This document shows positions 1-64,000 of a DNA stretch of 64,000 nucleotides, one piece after another (position 1 is the first letter of the stretch; each line of letters starts with the position of its first letter). This stretch comes from Eledone cirrhosa (taxonomy: Eukaryota), in NCBI GenBank assembly GCA_964016885.1, contig OZ024750.1, positions 3,162,001 through 3,226,000 of the forward strand. Reading direction: 5' to 3'. Under the pieces are notes generated by a model. The model made no database searches, had not been told where the DNA came from, and was given only the letters and a program-made list of their open reading frames with translations. Position numbers and translations under genes: made by a program.

Positions 1-1686
1 TCCCTGCTAGCAAGCGTTGGATTTATATAGTTTCCCTGCTAGCAAGGGTTGGATTTATATAGTTTCCCTGCTAGCAAGCGTTGGATTTATATAATTTCCC
101 TGCTAGCAAGGGTTGGATTTATATAGTTTCCCTGCTAGCAAGGGTTGGATTTATATAATTTCCCTGCTAGCAAGGGTTGGATTTATATAATTTCCCTGCT
201 AGCAAGGGTTGGATTTATATAGTTTCCCTGCTAGCAAGGGTTGGATTTATATAATTTCCCTGCTAGCAAGCGTTGGATTTATATAGTTTCCCTGCTAGCA
301 AGGGTTGTATTTATATAGTTTCCCTGCTAGCAAGGGTTGGATTTATATAATTTCCCTGCTAGCAAGCGTTGGATTTATATAGTTTCCCTGCTAGCAAGGG
401 TTGTATTTATATAGTTTCCCTGCTAGCAAGGGTTGGATTTATATAATTTCCCTGCTAGCAAGCGTTGGATTTATATAGTTTCCCTGCTAGCAAGCGTTGG
501 ATTTATATAGTTTCCCTGCTAGCAAGGGTTGGATTTATATAGTTTCCCTGCTAGCAAGCGTTGGATTTATATAATTTCCCTGCTAGCAAGGGTTGGATTT
601 ATATAGTTTCCCTGCTAGCAAGGGTTGGATTTATATAATTTCCCTGCTAGCAAGGGTTGGATTTATATAATTTCCCTGCTAGCAAGGGTTGGATTTATAT
701 AGTTTCCCTGCTAGCAAGGGTTGGATTTATATAATTTCCCTGCTAGCAAGCGTTGGATTTATATAGTTTCCCTGCTAGCAAGGGTTGTATTTATATAGTT
801 TCCCTGCTAGCAAGGGTTGGATTTATATAATTTCCCTGCTAGCAAGCGTTGGATTTATATAGTTTCCCTGCTAGCAAGCGTTGGATTTATATAGTTTCCC
901 TGCTAGCAAGGGTTGGATTTATATAGTTTCCCTGCTAGCAAGCGTTGGATTTATATAATTTCCCTGCTAGCAAGGGTTGGATTTATATAGTTTCCCTGCT
1001 AGCAAGGGTTGGATTTATATAATTTCCCTGCTAGCAAGGGTTGGATTTATATAATTTCCCTGCTAGCAAGGGTTGGATTTATATAGTTTCCCTGCTAGCA
1101 AGGGTTGGATTTATATAATTTCCCTGCTAGCAAGCGTTGGATTTATATAGTTTCCCTGCTAGCAAGCGTTGGATTTATATAGTTTCCCTGCTAGCAAGGG
1201 TTGGATTTATATAGTTTCCCTGCTAGCAAGCGTTGGATTTATATAATTTCCCTGCTAGCAAGGGTTGGATTTATATAGTTTCCCTGCTAGCAAGGGTTGG
1301 ATTTATATAATTTCCCTGCTAGCAAGGGTTGGATTTATATAATTTCCCTGCTAGCAAGGGTTGGATTTATATAGTTTCCCTGCTAGCAAGGGTTGGATTT
1401 ATATAGTTTCCCTGCTAGCAAGCGTTGGATTTATATAATTTCCCTGCTAGCAAGGGTTGGATTTATATAGTTTCCCTGCTAGCAAGCGTTGGATTTATAT
1501 AATTTCCCTGCTAGCAAGGGTTGGATTTATATAGTTTCCCTGCTAGCAAGGGTTGGATTTATATAATTTCCCTGCTAGCAAGGGTTGGATTTATATAATT
1601 TCCCTGCTAGCAAGGGTTGGATTTATATAGTTTCCCTGCTAGCAAGGGTTGGATTTATATAGTTTCCCTGCTAGCAAGGGTTGGAT
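1..1686. repeat. 32-bp minisatellite (tttccctgctagcaagSgttggatttatataR), more than 52 copies, runs off the window start
   Basis: Direct reading of tandem units. Confidence 0.98.
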
Positions 1687-2714
1687 CACTGCTTAACATC
1701 CATTTTATCAAATGAATTTTAAAATAAAGATTTCTCAGAGGTTGAAGGATACGAAGAAGGAAAATAAATTTAAAAAAGTATCATGTGAGAAGTGAACTTA
1801 CATTGATAAACACCAAAGTAAATTAATAATATATTATCAGCTACTTTGTAAAATTCTTAATTACCAAGCAATTAATGTAAGTTGCTGCATTTTTATTTTA
1901 TTTTATTTTTTCACCATTATGTTATATTTGGGACATTTTCTTGTACTGAAAAAAATCTATCTTTGATTTAGCTAATTTTCTGGCCAAAGTTCTTAAAATA
2001 ATGAGATCTAATCCTGGGATTCATACTAATAATTCTAGACATTCTTTCGTGTAACAGTGGTCTACAAATGAAAAATATATGTCAGGTTAGAGAAACCAGT
2101 GAATTTCAAACTTAACTTTGACAATACTATTAGCCTGATTTCCTAATGGTAATGCTAAAAGGAAAAATTTCATCAAGTTGCTTTCAGTACACTCACCTAG
2201 ATTGCACAACATGATGTATACATGGCTTAGCCTCTTTCCTATACCACTTTACAAATCCAGTATTTCAATAAGCATCTTAGGACTGACTGCTTCGCAGTCA
2301 ACTACCGTCAGCTTGTTATTCCCTCCATTTAAGTATGTGAAAGACTTGTATTACTACATACCATACACTTAAATAACGTCGACAACTTTCAGATTAAATT
2401 GCAAGGAGTTTCCCAATGTATTTTGTTTCACTTATTTTTAATTACTTTGATATTTCTCTCAAAAACATTTGACCATTTCATAAAAACTAAGATATTCTAT
2501 ATATAACTGGCAGTAGGAATGGCTGTGTGGTTAAGGAGCTGACTTTGCAACCACATGGTTTGAGGTTCAGAAACACTGTGAGACATCATTTTAGGGTGGG
2601 ACAGGTCCTATTCAGCACAGCATCTCTCCACTTGTCACAGAACCAATGTCTTCTTCTATAACCTTGGGTTGGCCAATGCCATACCAGTGACATTTAATAG
2701 ACAGTGCAGGAGCT

Positions 2715-2716
2715 GA

Positions 2717-2747
<31 letters not shown>

Positions 2748-3320
2748 AGTGTGTGTGTGTGTGTGTATGTGTGAGTGTGTATGTGAGTGTGAGTGAGTGT
2801 GTGTGAGTGTGAGTGTATGTGAGTGTGTGTGTGAGTGTGTGTGTGAGTGTGAGTGTGTGCGTGAGTGTGAGTGTGTGAGTGTGTGCGTGAGTGTGAGTGT
2901 ATGTGAGTGTGTATGAGTGTGTGAGTGTGAGTGTATGTGAGTGTGTGTGTGTGTGTGTGAGAGTGTGTGAGAGTGTGTGAGTGTGTGAGAGTGTGTGAGT
3001 GTGTGAGTGTGTGAGTGTGAGTGTATGTGAGTGTGTGTGAGAGTGTGTGAGAGTGTGAGTGTGAGAGTGTGTGAGTGTGTGTGAGTGTGTGTGTGAGTAT
3101 GTGAGTGTGAGAGTGTGTGTGTGAGTGTGTGAGAGTGTGTGAGAGTGTAAGAGAGTGTGTGAGAGTGTGTGAGTGTGTATGAGTGTGTGAGTGCATGTGA
3201 GTGTGTGTGTGTGAGTGTGTGTGTGTGAGTGTGTGTGAGTGTGTGTGAGTGTGTGAGAGTGTGTGAGAGTGTGTGAGAGTGTGTGAGTGTGTGTGAGTGT
3301 GTGTGTGAGTGTGTGTGTGC
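2715..3320. repeat. Compound (GT)n/(GAGTGT)n microsatellite
   Basis: Direct reading; source of the His/Thr ORFs. Confidence 0.97.
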
Positions 3321-3989
3321 GTATGTCCACGCCTTTGATTACAACCTATAATTTAGAGCTTTGCCAAGAGGCAGATGGAATAAATACCAGACTTGGACAA
3401 CATAAAAATAAAAAATTTAAAAAAATACATATATATATATGGAACTGCCCACAACAGGACAACCCGTCTAACCCATACTAGCATGGAAGAATGGACGTAC
3501 AACGGTGATGACATATACAGTGGTGGTGCTCCAGCATGGCCTCAATCCCTCGACTGGAACACGCAGATAAAAAAAAAGAAGATAAAACTAGACATAAATA
3601 GGTAGTTCAGTTGATGTGATCAACTGAAACTTCTGAGAAGGTAACCCCCCCCCCCCCCTTATAGCTTCAGTCTAAAGACTGAAATCAATAAAGGTATAAA
3701 ATAACAACAACAAAAACAACAACCCACAAACAATTAAAAGCTGATAAATAAATGTCATGATTACTCTCCATTACAAGAAATTGTATTATTTGCTTTACAC
3801 ATTTGTCATCGTAATTTCTCATACTCACTGATACATATTTTAGAACTGTACTCAGTAACTTTTGACATACAATTCTACTATATCATAGCTAGTATTGATC
3901 ATCTATACTAATTAATGATTTTCATTTAACTGATACAGGTTATCTCATTGACAGAAACAACTTACAATTACACATTAGATGTAAAAATC

Positions 3990-4282
3990 AGAAGCAACCG
4001 TCTCCAACTGATCTGGCTGGATCCCCAAGTGTGACCAGCCAAGCTAATGGATGTTATCCAACCATCTTTCTCAGGGTCTACCCCTGGGTCTCCTGCCAGT
4101 TGGTTTTACCTGTAAAATCTGTCCAGTGATTCTTTCCTGAGACATTCTAACCACATGTCCATAGCATCAGAGCTGAGGATTCTCAATTTGGAGAAGTAGT
4201 GGCTCTACCTCAACTGAATCTCTGAGCTACGCACTTTATCGAATAATTTTACTCCAAAGACCCTTCAGAGGAACCCCATTTA
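3990..4282 (-). mobile_element. Decayed RTE-clade LINE C-terminal fragment
   Basis: MGFL*RVFGVKLFDKVRSSEI...VEPLLLQIENPQL*CYGHVVRMSQER...PTGRRPRGRP*ERWLDNI. Confidence 0.8.
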
Positions 4283-4676
4283 ATATTTTAAAACCATTCC
4301 ATGTATATACAAACAGCCCTTCTTTTACCAGTGTGCTTAATACTCATAATAAAATGAAAGAATAAATATGTGTAAACAAAATGCTTAGAATTTGATGATA
4401 CATGATACTTTGTAAGTTTCATCTCCATAAATTCAGCATTGAAGCTGAGGTCAGCTGAAACACAGTGAGGTCACTATCAATTTGAATTTTACATCTAATT
4501 ATTGATATTTGATTATTTCATTTTGAAAAACAAATTAAAATAAAACCAACCTGGAATGGTAACATGACATTATCAGTGTGTTAGACATAAATCAAAATAT
4601 GATAGAAAAACAGTCTTCCGGTATGGTTTTAGCTGTAATAACTAAAATAAACTAAAGGACAAAAAGTGAAACTTAC

Positions 4677-62736
<58,060 letters not shown>

Positions 62737-63373
62737 CTAAAATTAATGAAGTAGTTACCATGAATTCAAGTAAGAAATAGCATTGTTATATAGTATGTAT
62801 ATATGTATTTATAGTATCATTACTCCTGATAAAGTCGTAAGGGTGCCATATTAACTAAAAGTGTTTCTTGGGCAATTTAAGCCTGGCGGAGCCCGTCCCT
62901 TTCCAGGCCTGAGTATATCAGATTTCTTCCAGAGAAAGACAGAAAGTGAGAGAGAGGAAATGAGAAAGAAATATAGAGGAAGAATCGACCCTAGAACTAG
63001 TACTGTTATATAGTAACAAAGTTAATTGTAAAATAAGAAAAGTTTATTCGAATAGTTCTCAAAAAATGCATTTTATAATCCTTATCAGTAAAATGAATAA
63101 TTCAAGTGCATGTTATTTTTTGGGGGGGTATTTTTTGCAACTTAATGACTAGAAATTGCTTTGTAGGGGTCACAATGGAAACAATTCCTGGTATGACATA
63201 AAACATCAATTTAATTAGTTTTATACATCTCTAACCCCACGCCTCAGTACAATAAAATTCTTCTCCTTAAACCCTGAGAAAATGAAATAAAAATAAAATT
63301 TAACCATAACAAGCAGAGATGGTTAATTTTTGATATGTCTTTCTATATATATATATATCAATCAACTTCTAAT

Positions 63374-63411
<38 letters not shown>

Positions 63412-63414
<3 letters not shown>

Positions 63415-63489
63415 GGTTATTCAAAAAGAATGAAATGATTTCATTCTTTTTGCACCATGAAATCGGTTCATTCTTTTTGAATAACCCTG
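63412..63489. mobile_element. 78-bp Tc1/mariner-type MITE in (TA)n
   Basis: Perfect 23-bp TIR cagggttattcaaaaagaatgaa / ttcattctttttgaataaccctg with TA flanks. Confidence 0.85.
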
Positions 63490-64000
63490 TATATATATCA
63501 TCATTGTCCTAAAAGTTTGGTACTAGGACAACAGCTATACTAGAATAAAATATTTTATAAAAATAAGACTCGTTCTACATTTGAGTATTCCTTTGAGAGT
63601 ATTAAAGCGATAAGCATCAATGACCCATAAGTACTTCAGCATCATTGTTAGACTGGCACAAGACCAAGAATATCAAAGATGGCAGATTTTTTTGGCATCC
63701 CACCTTGATACATAAGGACAGGTGTGAAACTGTGCAACAGGTGTATTCTTCAACATACTAATCACCATATGTCTAATTCTACCACCTAACAGGTTTTTTG
63801 GTTTGTTTTTTCAACATGTCCATTAAGTTAATGTGATACTGTCTAACTTCACTCCGCAGCTCATATTAAATGGTTTTAACAAGCTTTGTTGTAACCAATA
63901 GCATTTAACATATTTTCTCACATAACATCATAAACGATATCAAACAAAGGCTGGCCAACTATCTCAACAATTTCTAAAGATATTAACTCTCCTCCCTCAC

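Noticed and set aside
1-1686. Palindromic 32-bp repeat resembling a CRISPR direct repeat
   Set aside because: Units are head-to-tail with no unique spacers, there are no cas genes, and the context is a eukaryotic intron.
2612-3330. His/Thr-rich ORFs of 194-224 aa
   Set aside because: Translations of the (CA)n compound microsatellite.

Overview
AT-rich, microsatellite-dense animal genomic DNA. The SINE/LINE repertoire looks like coleoid cephalopod (probably Octopus), which is an inference. The whole window lies inside one minus-strand gene, a dystrophin/utrophin-family gene. I traced 22 GT-AG coding exons (62736 down to 4677; 3868 nt, about 1289 codons) that splice in one continuous frame. 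They encode the spectrin-repeat rod matching roughly human DMD exons 12-36, and several exon lengths equal the human ones as I recall them. The introns hold tRNA-derived SINEs, RTE, R4/Dong and CRE-type LINE remnants, piggyBac-, hAT- and Tc1/mariner-type MITEs, and several minisatellites. The most interesting non-coding signal is a population of about a dozen hammerhead-ribozyme motifs in short Penelope-like elements, several set in (TA)n tracts. Two have an intact core and lie in the sense of the dystrophin pre-mRNA (20792-20838, 58590-58647). Three elements are fold-backs whose inversion point falls inside the ribozyme. Nearly all long ORFs in the supplied track are microsatellite artefacts. 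All coordinates and comparisons were read by eye, with no database search or folding program.
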